Assembly: GCA_050012075.1 (NCBI GenBank)
Contig: JBEKHW010000002.1
Coordinates: 47,518-111,517 of the forward strand
Source: Candidatus Omnitrophota bacterium
GTDB lineage: Bacteria; Omnitrophota; Gorgyraeia; Gygaellales; Profunditerraquicolaceae
Length of the DNA stretch: 64,000 nt
Reading direction: 5' to 3'
Shown: one piece after another, positions 50,132 to 59,693 of the stretch
Position numbering within the stretch: position 1 is the stretch's first letter
How the letters are laid out: every line of letters begins with the position of its first letter
Position numbers and translations under genes: made by a program
Notes under the pieces: model-generated
Database searches by the model: none
Told to the model about the DNA's origin: nothing
The model's input: the letters and a program-made list of their open reading frames with translations, nothing else

Positions 50132-51087
50132 ACGAAGGCAAAAATATACTAGCAGTAAGGAATGACCGTTTTGGGGAGTTCCTTCTCAATATCCCGGCCC
50201 TGCGGGCGATTAAGGAGACTTTTCCGGAAAGCCGCTTAACCCTGGTTGTAAATAGCAGTGTTCTAGAACTGGCCAGGGCCGTAAGCCAAGCAGATGATGT
50301 GATCGTCTGGGATAATAGAAAACACTCCGTAAGAGAAATAATTAATTTTATTAGCCATCTGAAGAAGAAAGAAATTGACATCTGTGTCATCCTGAATCCT
50401 TCCCGCGAGTTCAATATTATCAGTTTCTTTTCCGGTATCCGGGTGCGCGTTGGCTACGGCAGGAAATGGGGATTTTTATTGACCCGTAGATTAAAGGATA
50501 CCAAATATCTTGCCAAAAAGCATGAGATTGACTATAACCTGGATCTGGTCGGGCTTATAGGATGTAGCACCAAAGATAGGGGATTACGTTTAAATATCCC
50601 TGCGGTGGCAACGGCAACATTAGAGGGGTTTGGCATAAAAGAGGCGGATAGGCCGGTAGCTATACATCCCTGGACAAGCGACTCCATCAAGCAGTGGCCT
50701 TTGGATAATTTTCGCAATTTAAGCTGTAGGATTGTTGAAGAACTGGGACAGAAAGTGGTTATTGTGGGAGGCAAGGAAGAGGGCGATTTGGGCCTGGAAT
50801 ATTTTGGTAATCTTGGAGAAAGCGTTATAAATTTAACCGGTAAAACCACCCTTTTGGAGTTGGGCGCTGTTTTAGCAGGATGCAGGCTCCTTATTTCAGG
50901 AGACAGCGGGCCGGTGCACCTGGCTTCCTGTGTAGGGACACCAGTTATTGCCATATTTAGAAATGATATCCCTGGGAAATCAGCAAGGCGGTGGGGCCCG
51001 GCCGGTAATGATAACATTGTTATTGAGAAGGGTGATTTGTTTGATATTTCTGTTGATGAGGTTTTTCAGAAAGTAAAAGAACGGTAG
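50128..51087 (+). CDS. glycosyltransferase family 9 (LPS heptosyltransferase-like)
   Basis: NDRFGEFLLNIPALRAIKETFPES and GDSGPVHLASCVGTPVIAIF. Start taken at the ATGA overlap. Confidence 0.8.
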   Translation: MNEGKNILAVRNDRFGEFLLNIPALRAIKETFPESRLTLVVNSSVLELARAVSQADDVIVWDNRKHSVREIINFISHLKKKEIDICVILNPSREFNIISFFSGIRVRVGYGRKWGFLLTRRLKDTKYLAKKHEIDYNLDLVGLIGCSTKDRGLRLNIPAVATATLEGFGIKEADRPVAIHPWTSDSIKQWPLDNFRNLSCRIVEELGQKVVIVGGKEEGDLGLEYFGNLGESVINLTGKTTLLELGAVLAGCRLLISGDSGPVHLASCVGTPVIAIFRNDIPGKSARRWGPAGNDNIVIEKGDLFDISVDEVFQKVKER

Positions 51088-51207
51088 GCCTGAGCAATAT
51101 GATAGTTGTTGCGACAGATGAGGCGGTCCTGGTCTGCTCCAAAGGCAAGGCGCAGGAAGTAAAAAAGATAGGCCAACTGCTAAAGGCAAGAAGGCGGTAA
51201 AACACTT

Positions 51208-52278
51208 TTGGAAAAATTTCTGATAATTAACCCTTTCGGCGTAGGCGATGTCATCTTTACTACGCCTGTGATTTCGGCCCTGAAAGAAAATTTCCCTGAT
51301 TCCTCGATTTACTATTGGTGTAATGACCGGGTGCACGGTATTTTTAAGCATGATACCAATATCGCCGGGGTTTTCCCGTTTTCGCGGGGAGATATCAAAA
51401 AAATAATGGAAGATTCTTTTCTGGAAGGAATAAAGAAATACTGGTGGCTGTTTAATAGCATAAGAAAAGCGAAGATTGATGTCGCGTTTGATTATTCCCT
51501 TGATTACCGCTATTCCCTGATTTCCTTTTTTTGCGGGATAAAAAAACGGATTGGTTTTGATTATAGAAACAGGGGCAGGTTTCTTACCGATAAAATTCCA
51601 TTACAGGGGTATTCCGGCCGGCATATGGTTGAATACTACCTGGAGCTGTTAAGATTTATAGAGGCTAACCCCGGAAATAAAAGCCTGTATTTATCTGTCC
51701 CCCAGAATAACAGGGAGAGGGCAAAGCATATACTTAAGGCATTTGGCGTGCGGGAGGGAGAACTTGTGGTTGGTATTACGCCAGGGGCAGGGGCAAGTTG
51801 GGGTAAAGATGCGAAATTAAAGCATTGGCCGCCGCTTAAATACGCCGAGCTCGCCGACCGTATAATCCGGGAATTAGGCGCTAAGGTTTTAGTGCTAGGC
51901 GATGAATCAGAAAAAGATATAACAGACACCATGACCAGCGCCATGAATAGCGCAGTTATAGATATGACGGGCAAAACTACCCTTTTAGAGCTGATGGCCT
52001 TTATAGGTAGCGTCAATCTTCTGGTGACTAATGACGGCGGGCCGCTACATATCGCCTCCGCGTTAGGGGTAAAAACCGTTTCGATATTCGGCCCTGTTGA
52101 CGAGAAGGTCTACGGCCCTTATCCGCCTTCGGCGCTCCATAAAGTGATAAAACATGATATTGGATGCCGGCCCTGTTACAGTAATTTCCGTTTACCGCCT
52201 TGCGATAAAGATAAGGAATGCTTAAATTCAATAAGCGCGGATGAAGTGTTTACGGCGGTGCGGCAACTTCTTAATTGA
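51208..52278 (+). CDS. glycosyltransferase family 9 (LPS heptosyltransferase-like)
   Basis: INPFGVGDVIFTTPVISALKENFPDS and NDGGPLHIASALGVKTVSIFG. Confidence 0.8.
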   Translation: MEKFLIINPFGVGDVIFTTPVISALKENFPDSSIYYWCNDRVHGIFKHDTNIAGVFPFSRGDIKKIMEDSFLEGIKKYWWLFNSIRKAKIDVAFDYSLDYRYSLISFFCGIKKRIGFDYRNRGRFLTDKIPLQGYSGRHMVEYYLELLRFIEANPGNKSLYLSVPQNNRERAKHILKAFGVREGELVVGITPGAGASWGKDAKLKHWPPLKYAELADRIIRELGAKVLVLGDESEKDITDTMTSAMNSAVIDMTGKTTLLELMAFIGSVNLLVTNDGGPLHIASALGVKTVSIFGPVDEKVYGPYPPSALHKVIKHDIGCRPCYSNFRLPPCDKDKECLNSISADEVFTAVRQLLN

Positions 52279-52289
52279 GGGTAAATCAA

Positions 52290-53408
52290 ATGAAGATAAA
52301 CGCGTTAAACCTTAAAAAACAAATTGCCCCTATCCGCCGGGAACTGGATTCGGCGATAAAAAGGGTAATTGATAATGTTAGTTTTGTGTTGGGTCCAGGT
52401 GTAAGCAAATTTGAAGAAACCGCGGCAAAATATTGTAACGTCAAATATTCAATCGGCACCTCAAACGGGACTGATTCTATATCTTTGGCTTTGCTTGCCT
52501 TGGGGATTAAGAGCGGCGAGGGAGTGATTTGTCCCGCATTTACCTATTATGCCACTGCAGGCGCCGTGGCGAATATCGGGGCTGTGCCTGTTTTTGCCGA
52601 TATTGATGGAGATACCTATAATATCTCTCCCGAAAGCATCGAAAAAGTTTTAAGCGGTAGAAATCGGCTTAAGATTAAAGCAGTTATTCCGGTGCATCTT
52701 TATGGCCAGTGCGCGGATATGGATGCAATCTTTCAAGTAACCAGGAAACATAAGATTATAGTAGTCGAAGATGCTGCTCAGGCATTCGGAGCGGAATATA
52801 AAGGCAGAAAAGCCGGGACACTCGGAGATTGCGGAGCGCTAAGTTTTTATCCGGGTAAGAATCTCGGGGCTTTTGGCGACGCCGGGATGATTTTAACCAA
52901 TAATAAAGCCGTTGCCGAGAGATTACGCATTTTGCGCAATCAGGGTAATAAAAATAAATACCAGCATCTGGTTTTGGGCCGCAATAACCGCCTTGATACG
53001 ATTCAGGCAGCGGTGCTGGATGTTAAGCTTAAATACCTGGATGAGTGGAACAGGAAAAGGCAAGAGATAGCGCGATATTATAACCGTAACTTATCCGGGC
53101 TTAATATTAAGACGCCGTTTGTGCCGGATTATACCACCCATATTTATCATCAGTATGTTTTAAGGTCGCCTGTTTCAAATAAGGATTTCATAGGCCGCCT
53201 ACAGGCAAAAGGAATTGATTCGCGCGTATTTTATCCACTCCCCCTGCACCTGCAAAAGTGTTTTAAATATTTGGGATATAAATCAGGCGATTTTCCTGAG
53301 GCGGAGGAAGCGGCTCAAAAGGTATTCACGCTGCCGATTTATCCTGAATTAAGCAAGAAGGAAAAAGATTATATTATTGCTTCAGTAAAAGATTTAATTA
53401 GGGTTTAA
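52290..53408 (+). CDS. DegT/DnrJ/EryC1/StrS family sugar aminotransferase (ArnB-like)
   Basis: PLP-fold protein with the Lys region GDCGALSFYPGKNLGAFGDAG. Start taken at the ATG after a GAGGG. Confidence 0.8.
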   Translation: MKINALNLKKQIAPIRRELDSAIKRVIDNVSFVLGPGVSKFEETAAKYCNVKYSIGTSNGTDSISLALLALGIKSGEGVICPAFTYYATAGAVANIGAVPVFADIDGDTYNISPESIEKVLSGRNRLKIKAVIPVHLYGQCADMDAIFQVTRKHKIIVVEDAAQAFGAEYKGRKAGTLGDCGALSFYPGKNLGAFGDAGMILTNNKAVAERLRILRNQGNKNKYQHLVLGRNNRLDTIQAAVLDVKLKYLDEWNRKRQEIARYYNRNLSGLNIKTPFVPDYTTHIYHQYVLRSPVSNKDFIGRLQAKGIDSRVFYPLPLHLQKCFKYLGYKSGDFPEAEEAAQKVFTLPIYPELSKKEKDYIIASVKDLIRV

Positions 53409-53415
53409 AGGCGCT

Positions 53416-54120
53416 ATGATAAAACAGAGTATATCCGTAGTATTGCCGACTTTTAATGAAGAGGGAAACATAAAGATCGCCTTGGGGAATATTTATAACT
53501 TTCTAAAAAGGAATTTTCTTGATTTTGAGATAATTGTGGTTGACGACGGCAGCAAAGACAATAGCTGGCAGGTGTGTTCCGGTATGAAGTCCGCATTAGG
53601 AGATACTTTAAGGATTACTCGCCACCAGGAAAATAGAGGATACGGGGCCGCATTAAGGACAGGATTATTTTCCGCTGAAAAAGATTTGGTATTTTATACT
53701 GACTCGGATAATCAGTTTGATATTACCCAGATTTTAGAATTCATTGAATGTATAGGAGAATATGATCTGGTAATCGGTTACAGGCAGGCGAGGAAGGATT
53801 CATTCCTTAGGATATTTGCATCTGGCGCTTATCGTAAGCTTGTTCATTTTATATTCGGGCTAAAGGTAAAGGATATAAATTGTTCCTTCAAGCTCTTCAA
53901 AAGAAGCTGCCTTTTTCAATTAAGCATTGACAGGGATGGTTTCTTTGTGGATACGGAGCTGCTCATTAAAGCAAAAAACAGTGGGTTTAAAATTAAAGAA
54001 TTGCCGGTAAGGCATTTTAGCCGGAAGCTGGGAAAAAGCACCGTGAAAGTATCACACGTGTTCACTACATTAAAGGACATCTTTTATTTGCATAACAAAT
54101 TGAAAAATGAAGACGCTTGA
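53416..54120 (+). CDS. GT2 polyprenyl-phosphate glycosyltransferase (ArnC/GtrB-like)
   Basis: ISVVLPTFNEEGNI...IIVVDDGSKDNS. No C-terminal TM domain. Confidence 0.7.
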   Translation: MIKQSISVVLPTFNEEGNIKIALGNIYNFLKRNFLDFEIIVVDDGSKDNSWQVCSGMKSALGDTLRITRHQENRGYGAALRTGLFSAEKDLVFYTDSDNQFDITQILEFIECIGEYDLVIGYRQARKDSFLRIFASGAYRKLVHFIFGLKVKDINCSFKLFKRSCLFQLSIDRDGFFVDTELLIKAKNSGFKIKELPVRHFSRKLGKSTVKVSHVFTTLKDIFYLHNKLKNEDA

Positions 54121-55354
54121 TTTGATCCTAAAATATAAAATAAGGACGGTATTGATAGTGTTTCTGTTTATGATTTCTTTAGGCCGCTACGAATATAAAA
54201 TGCCGAGAAGGAACTTTGCTGATTTCAATGTTTATTATTTCACCGCGCAAAAATTAGCGGTAAAAGCGAATATTTATGATGCCGAAGCTTATAGCAAGGA
54301 GAAGGTCGCCAATTTTAAGTATCCTCCAATCGCTGCTTTGGTCTTTTATCCTTTGGGTTATTTGTCAGAAAATCACGCGGCCATATTGTGGTTTTCCGTA
54401 AATTATATACTGATACTCCTGTTTTTCCGGTATGCCGCGTTTCTCATATTTGACGAGGAATTTGAGAATAGAAAGAGGAATTGGGTTTATTTTCTGACCT
54501 GTTTATTTACTTTAAGATTTTTTCTGCTTAATTTTGATGAAGGGCAGGCTAATATTTTGATGATGGCAAGTTTAACTTTCGGTCTATATATGTTGACAAA
54601 AGGAAAAGTATTTATTTCGGCTTTATTCCTTAGTTTTTCCTATTTTTTAAAATATATGTCCGTAGTTTTTGTTCCCTATTTTTTATATAAAAGAAAAATT
54701 AAGTTTGTTCTTTTAGTTTTATTAAGTTTATTCCTTTTTTTGCTTGTTCCCGCCTTTTTCTTTGGCTGGGATTACAACCTGTTTTTACAGAAATCCTTCC
54801 TGCCTTTTGTGTTTAAAACGTCTACCGATATCGGCTCAATGCAGGATTATCAAAATATGTCTTTGATGGCTATGCTGCTCAGACATTTTTCCAGGATAAG
54901 TTATTTTAATATAAATAGTACCGGATTGAACTGGCCGCAAGTAAAAATCGTATTTTTCGTTTTTGTTTCTTTTCTCTACATGCTAATTTTACTTAAACCA
55001 GCCAAAGTGTTTAAAAACATCCGGTTCTTAGAGTGTATTAATTTCGGTATGCTTTTTTTGAGTATGGCACTGCTTAATCCTCATGCCTGGAAGCACGCGT
55101 TCATATTCCTGCTATTCCCTTACATGGTTTGCTTATATTATTTATTCAAGACCAATAACCGGGACGTGTTTGTCTGGTTTTTGACGGTGTTGTCTTTCAT
55201 GCTGAATAACTGGCCGGATAAATTGTTTATAAGTTCCGTGTATCACTCTACGGGGATTTATTCGTTTATTACTTTCGGTACGCTTATGTTATATTGCGCC
55301 TTATGTAAAATAAAATTTTCACCTATAAATAAAGGGGGATTTATTAATGGATAA
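54107..55354 (+). CDS. polytopic membrane protein (candidate GT-C acceptor-side transferase paired with the ArnC-like GT2)
   Basis: 415 aa with about 11 TM helices. Immediately follows the ArnB-like and ArnC-like genes. Confidence 0.4.
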   Translation: MKTLDLILKYKIRTVLIVFLFMISLGRYEYKMPRRNFADFNVYYFTAQKLAVKANIYDAEAYSKEKVANFKYPPIAALVFYPLGYLSENHAAILWFSVNYILILLFFRYAAFLIFDEEFENRKRNWVYFLTCLFTLRFFLLNFDEGQANILMMASLTFGLYMLTKGKVFISALFLSFSYFLKYMSVVFVPYFLYKRKIKFVLLVLLSLFLFLLVPAFFFGWDYNLFLQKSFLPFVFKTSTDIGSMQDYQNMSLMAMLLRHFSRISYFNINSTGLNWPQVKIVFFVFVSFLYMLILLKPAKVFKNIRFLECINFGMLFLSMALLNPHAWKHAFIFLLFPYMVCLYYLFKTNNRDVFVWFLTVLSFMLNNWPDKLFISSVYHSTGIYSFITFGTLMLYCALCKIKFSPINKGGFING

Positions 55355-56111
55355 GATAAACCTGAGCGTAGTAACATTGACCAAAAACAGTGAAGGGATT
55401 ATTGAAGACTGCCTGAAGAGCGTCTCGGAGTGGGCAGGCGAGATAGTGGTTGTTGATGACATGAGCACTGATAAGACGCTGGATATCGTGAGGAAATATA
55501 CGGATAGAGTTTACAGTAAGAAATGGGAAAGAGAAGGAGCGCACAGGAATTTCGCCTATTCGTTGGCCAAGTTTGGATATATCTTAAGCCTTGATTCCGA
55601 TGAGCGTGTTACCCCAGAATTAAGGGATGAAATTATAGGCATATTTAAGGAGGGGCCAAAGTTCGTAGGTTACAATATACCCCACCGTAATTTCATTGGG
55701 GATTACTGGATTAGGTATGGAGGATGGTATCCTAATGCCAAGTTAAAGATGTATGATAAGAATAAATTCAGCTACGAGACGGAAGCGGAGTATCATCCGC
55801 GCGCATTACTGGAAGGAAAGACCTTTACCTTGCGGTCAGATATAATCCATTACGCCTATAGGGATTTCAGGAACTTGTTTTCCAAGCTCAATCACCAGAC
55901 TGATTTTGAAGCAAAGAAATGGGTCAGGGATAAAAGGAAGATGAGCTTTGGCCTGTGTATGGTCAAGGCCATCTCGAGGTTCATCAAGTTTTACTTTGTA
56001 AAGAAGGGCAGGAAAGATGGTTTTATCGGTTTTATGATGGCCCTGGCTTCATCTGCGTATCAGTTGATGACCTACGCTAAATATTGGGAACTGAAGAGGG
56101 AAGGGAAATGA
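55347..56111 (+). CDS. glycosyltransferase family 2
   Basis: LSVVTLTKNSEGII...IVVVDDMSTDKT. Confidence 0.7.
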   Translation: MDKINLSVVTLTKNSEGIIEDCLKSVSEWAGEIVVVDDMSTDKTLDIVRKYTDRVYSKKWEREGAHRNFAYSLAKFGYILSLDSDERVTPELRDEIIGIFKEGPKFVGYNIPHRNFIGDYWIRYGGWYPNAKLKMYDKNKFSYETEAEYHPRALLEGKTFTLRSDIIHYAYRDFRNLFSKLNHQTDFEAKKWVRDKRKMSFGLCMVKAISRFIKFYFVKKGRKDGFIGFMMALASSAYQLMTYAKYWELKREGK

Positions 56112-56659
56112 AGGCAGTTTTTCTTGACAGGGACGGTGTCATAAACCGATACCCGGGAGACAGGGAGTATGTAAAGAGCTGGAAGGAGTTTAAATTTCTT
56201 CCAAACGTAAAAGCCGCATTGGAGAAATTATCTGCCTGGGGTTATGCGATATTTATTATCTCCAATCAGGCAGGAGTTGCAAAAGGCATTTATTCCAGGG
56301 ACGCTTTGGAGGAAATGACACTGAATATGCTAAAGAAATTAGGTCCCCAGGTAAAGATTTCCGGGGTTTACTATTGTATCCATAGAGAAGAAGACGATTG
56401 CTCCTGCAGGAAACCAAAAACAGGGTCTATTGAAAAAGCCCTGCAGGAGCTTACAAATAAAGGTCATAAGGTCGATTTAAAGGAAAGTTTTTTTATCGGA
56501 GATACAATCAGGGATGTCGAGACAGGAGAGAGATCCGGCCTTAGGACAATCCTTGTCTTTTCCGGTAAAGAAAAACCGGATAATAAAGACAACTGGAAAA
56601 TCAAACCTGATTTTACTGCCCGCAGCCTTTATGAGGCAGTCGCAATAATTCTTAAATAA
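56108..56659 (+). CDS. gmhB: D-glycero-D-manno-heptose 1,7-bisphosphate phosphatase (HAD-IIIA)
   Basis: KAVFLDRDGVIN plus the Zn-binding CxH...CSCRKP motif. ATGA overlap. Confidence 0.75.
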   Translation: MKAVFLDRDGVINRYPGDREYVKSWKEFKFLPNVKAALEKLSAWGYAIFIISNQAGVAKGIYSRDALEEMTLNMLKKLGPQVKISGVYYCIHREEDDCSCRKPKTGSIEKALQELTNKGHKVDLKESFFIGDTIRDVETGERSGLRTILVFSGKEKPDNKDNWKIKPDFTARSLYEAVAIILK

Positions 56660-56661
56660 TA

Positions 56662-57777
56662 ATGAAAATTATCATCACCTACGCTACGGCTGGCGCAGGC
56701 CACCGTAAAGCAGCAGAGGCAATATATAACTCTTTAAAAAGGGCGTGCGGGGATAATGATATCCGGTTAATTGACGTATTGACGGATAGTTCTGGATCCC
56801 TTAAATTCCTTTATACTAAAGGATACCATCTTTTAATTACGCACCTTGTTTATTTCTGGTGGTTGGGTTTTTGGCTGACGAAAATCAGGCCTCTGCGCTC
56901 TTTTACGAGGGGTATCTCAGCAGCGTTTAATTACTTTAATAGCCGCCGGTTCAACTCTTTTTTAATCCGCGAGAATCCTGATATGGTCATCTCTACCCAT
57001 TTTCTTCCTTCAGAATTAACCGCAAAACTAAAACTAAGGAATAAAATAACCTCAAAGCTGTATACAGTCATCACTGATTTCGGAGTGCACCCTTTCTGGA
57101 TCTCTAAGGGCACAGATTATTATGTGGTTGCCTGCGGGTACACAAAAGAGGTATTGATAAGGGAAGGCATTTCTCCGTCGAGAATAAAGGAATTAGGGAT
57201 ACCGGTGGATGAAAAATTCTTTAAAAAATATGACAGGCAGGAAGTAGCCCTAATCCTGGGAATCGATAAGGATAAATTCACTGTTTTGTTAATGACCGGT
57301 TCATTCGGTATAGGGCCTCTGGAATATATCGCAAATATGCTGCACGATGAAGTCCAGGTTATTGTCGTCTGCGCCGGCAATAAAAAACTTCACGAGCGGC
57401 TCAAGAAGAGAAAGATCCCCAACGTCGTATCCTTTGGTTTCGTAAATAACCCGCAGGAACTTATGGCTGTATCAGATGTAATTATAACTAAGCCAGGAGG
57501 CCTCACTATTTCGGAAGTTATAGCCATGGAGTTGGTTCCGGTTTTTATTTCTGCTATCCCCGGACAGGAAAGCAAGAACGAAGAGGTCCTCATGCAATAC
57601 GGAGTAGGCATTATTCCGAAGGATAGAAAGCAAATAAGAGACATAATCCTGGATTTGAAGAATAATCCGCAAAATTTAGAAGAGAAGAGGGCTGCCGTAA
57701 GAAAGATTAAAAAATACGCTACCCTTCAGGAGCTATATAATGCTGTATGCCAAGATAACGCTAGGCCTTCCGGTTGA
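56662..57777 (+). CDS. GT28 MGDG-synthase-like diacylglycerol glycosyltransferase
   Basis: MKIIITYATAGAGHRKAAEAI N-terminus (MGDG_synth domain) plus a GT-B C-terminal domain. Confidence 0.6.
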   Translation: MKIIITYATAGAGHRKAAEAIYNSLKRACGDNDIRLIDVLTDSSGSLKFLYTKGYHLLITHLVYFWWLGFWLTKIRPLRSFTRGISAAFNYFNSRRFNSFLIRENPDMVISTHFLPSELTAKLKLRNKITSKLYTVITDFGVHPFWISKGTDYYVVACGYTKEVLIREGISPSRIKELGIPVDEKFFKKYDRQEVALILGIDKDKFTVLLMTGSFGIGPLEYIANMLHDEVQVIVVCAGNKKLHERLKKRKIPNVVSFGFVNNPQELMAVSDVIITKPGGLTISEVIAMELVPVFISAIPGQESKNEEVLMQYGVGIIPKDRKQIRDIILDLKNNPQNLEEKRAAVRKIKKYATLQELYNAVCQDNARPSG

Positions 57778-59632
57778 CGGGCCGTTTGATTATATTGTCC
57801 CGCCACCTTTAGAAAAAAAGATAAAAATAGGCGCAAGGGCCTGGGTTTCTTTCGGCGCCAAAAAGAAGGCGCTCGGTTATGTCGTGGGCCTTATTCACGA
57901 AACAGGAGTGCAGAATTTAAAAGAAATTTCCGGCATCATTGACGATGCTCCGATCCTTGACAGGAATATGCTTTCACTTACCAAAGAAATCGCAGATTAT
58001 TATTGCTGTTCATGGGGGGAAGCGATTGAAACAGCGATACCTGCCCTTCTGCGTGGTGGCAGGAGGATCCCAGATGTTTCCTTCCGTATCCAGGAACATA
58101 AGTTTTCCAAGGCGCAACGTCCGCCACAAACCATCGGCGAGCGCCCACCACAATACTTTGGCGGGCGCGTTATGCTGCTTTATGACCCCGGAATAAAAAA
58201 GAGATGGGATATTTATCTGGGTGAAATAAAATCTGCGCTGGCAAATAAAGAATCCGTCATAATCATACTTGCGGATGTTCCGGCCGTCATGGCGGCCAGG
58301 GAAACAATCGCCTCAAATATTAATGCGCCTGTTTCTGTCTTGTTCAGGAAAGAAAAAGGAGAGCTAGAGGAGTGGATAAAGATACGTTCTACGGGCCCTA
58401 GAGTAGTTGTTGGAACACGGTCCTCTATTTTTGCTCCCGTCGCCAAATTAGGGCTTATAATTATCGAAGAAGAACAGGAGCATACCTATAAACAAGACCA
58501 GGTCCCGCATTATCATGCCACAGGCGTTGCTTTTATGCGCGTAAAGACAGAGAAGGCAAAACTTATTTTATCTTCCGCGTCACCTTTACTAGAGACCTTT
58601 CTTCTGGCGCGAAAAAATAAGATTGACTATAAGTTTATTCCGCTGGGAGAGGATTTTCCGCAAGTAGATACCGTAGATATGAGCCAGCAATACCGTTTTA
58701 ACAAAGAAAAAGGCGCGCTTTTCTCAAAGTTTATGCTCGATGCTATTTCTGCGGTATTGGCTAGCCATGGTAAAGTACTTCTATTATTTAACCGCAAAGG
58801 TTTTGCCACGGTAGCTTATTGCCATAATTGCGGGAAAACCCTAAGGTGCCCCCGTTGTAGCATCAACCTGGTTTACCATTTCCAGGAGAATAAATTGACC
58901 TGTCATTATTGCACCTTTAAAATGGACCTGCCTAAGATATGCCCGGATTGCAATGCCGGCTATATCAAATTTTCCGGTGCGGGAGCCGAGAAGGTGGAGA
59001 GCGAAATATGCAGGATTTTTCCGCAGGCAAAGGTGGCAAGAGGCCAGACCGGCAAGAAAACAAATTGCGACGATGCCGATATATTTGTCGCAACGAGTTC
59101 TATAATTAAACAGGAGCCATGTCTTTTTGATCTCGTAGGGGTCCTTGGCATAGATAATTCGCTTAACCGGGTGGATTTTCGCGCCAGCGAACACGCCTTT
59201 GGTTTATTAAGCGGTTTGCTCAGGTTTACCCGTAAAAGAATGATAGTCCAGACGCAACTTGCGCACCACAATATTTTTGTCGCTTTAGCAAAAAAAGATT
59301 TAGAGAAGTTTTATGGTGAAGAACTCAAGCAGAGGAAACAGCTAAATTTTCCTCCATGGCGGCATATAGTTTACGTAAAAGTACGAGGCCCCCGGGAAGA
59401 GCGCGTCAAAGAAATAACCGCTACTCTCTCTGCGAAGTTGGAAGGCCCAACTAAACATACAAGATTAGTTTCGGTAGTAGTACCTCAACCTGCAAGGTTA
59501 AGGGGGAATTATTACAGGCATATATTGCTTAGCACCTCCGGTGTCAAAAAAGCAGTCATTTTCATAAAAAAAGTTTTAAAAGGCTTCCCGCATTCAGGTA
59601 TAATAGTGACCGTAGATGTCGATCCTGTTTAG
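57740..59632 (+). CDS. priA: primosomal protein N' (PriA) with degenerate Walker A/B motifs
   Basis: VVVGTRSSIFAPVAKLGLIIIEEEQEHTYKQ aligns with PriA motifs II-III. C-terminal Cys4 zinc region (CHNCG...CPRC...CHYC...CPDC). Walker A is GIKKR instead of GSGKT, and DExH is EEEQ. Confidence 0.75.
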   Translation: MLYAKITLGLPVDGPFDYIVPPPLEKKIKIGARAWVSFGAKKKALGYVVGLIHETGVQNLKEISGIIDDAPILDRNMLSLTKEIADYYCCSWGEAIETAIPALLRGGRRIPDVSFRIQEHKFSKAQRPPQTIGERPPQYFGGRVMLLYDPGIKKRWDIYLGEIKSALANKESVIIILADVPAVMAARETIASNINAPVSVLFRKEKGELEEWIKIRSTGPRVVVGTRSSIFAPVAKLGLIIIEEEQEHTYKQDQVPHYHATGVAFMRVKTEKAKLILSSASPLLETFLLARKNKIDYKFIPLGEDFPQVDTVDMSQQYRFNKEKGALFSKFMLDAISAVLASHGKVLLLFNRKGFATVAYCHNCGKTLRCPRCSINLVYHFQENKLTCHYCTFKMDLPKICPDCNAGYIKFSGAGAEKVESEICRIFPQAKVARGQTGKKTNCDDADIFVATSSIIKQEPCLFDLVGVLGIDNSLNRVDFRASEHAFGLLSGLLRFTRKRMIVQTQLAHHNIFVALAKKDLEKFYGEELKQRKQLNFPPWRHIVYVKVRGPREERVKEITATLSAKLEGPTKHTRLVSVVVPQPARLRGNYYRHILLSTSGVKKAVIFIKKVLKGFPHSGIIVTVDVDPV

Positions 59633-59693
59633 TTTCCGCCGGAGGCGGATCAGCCTACGGCTGACATGGTTCATAGTTGATAGTTCATAGCAG

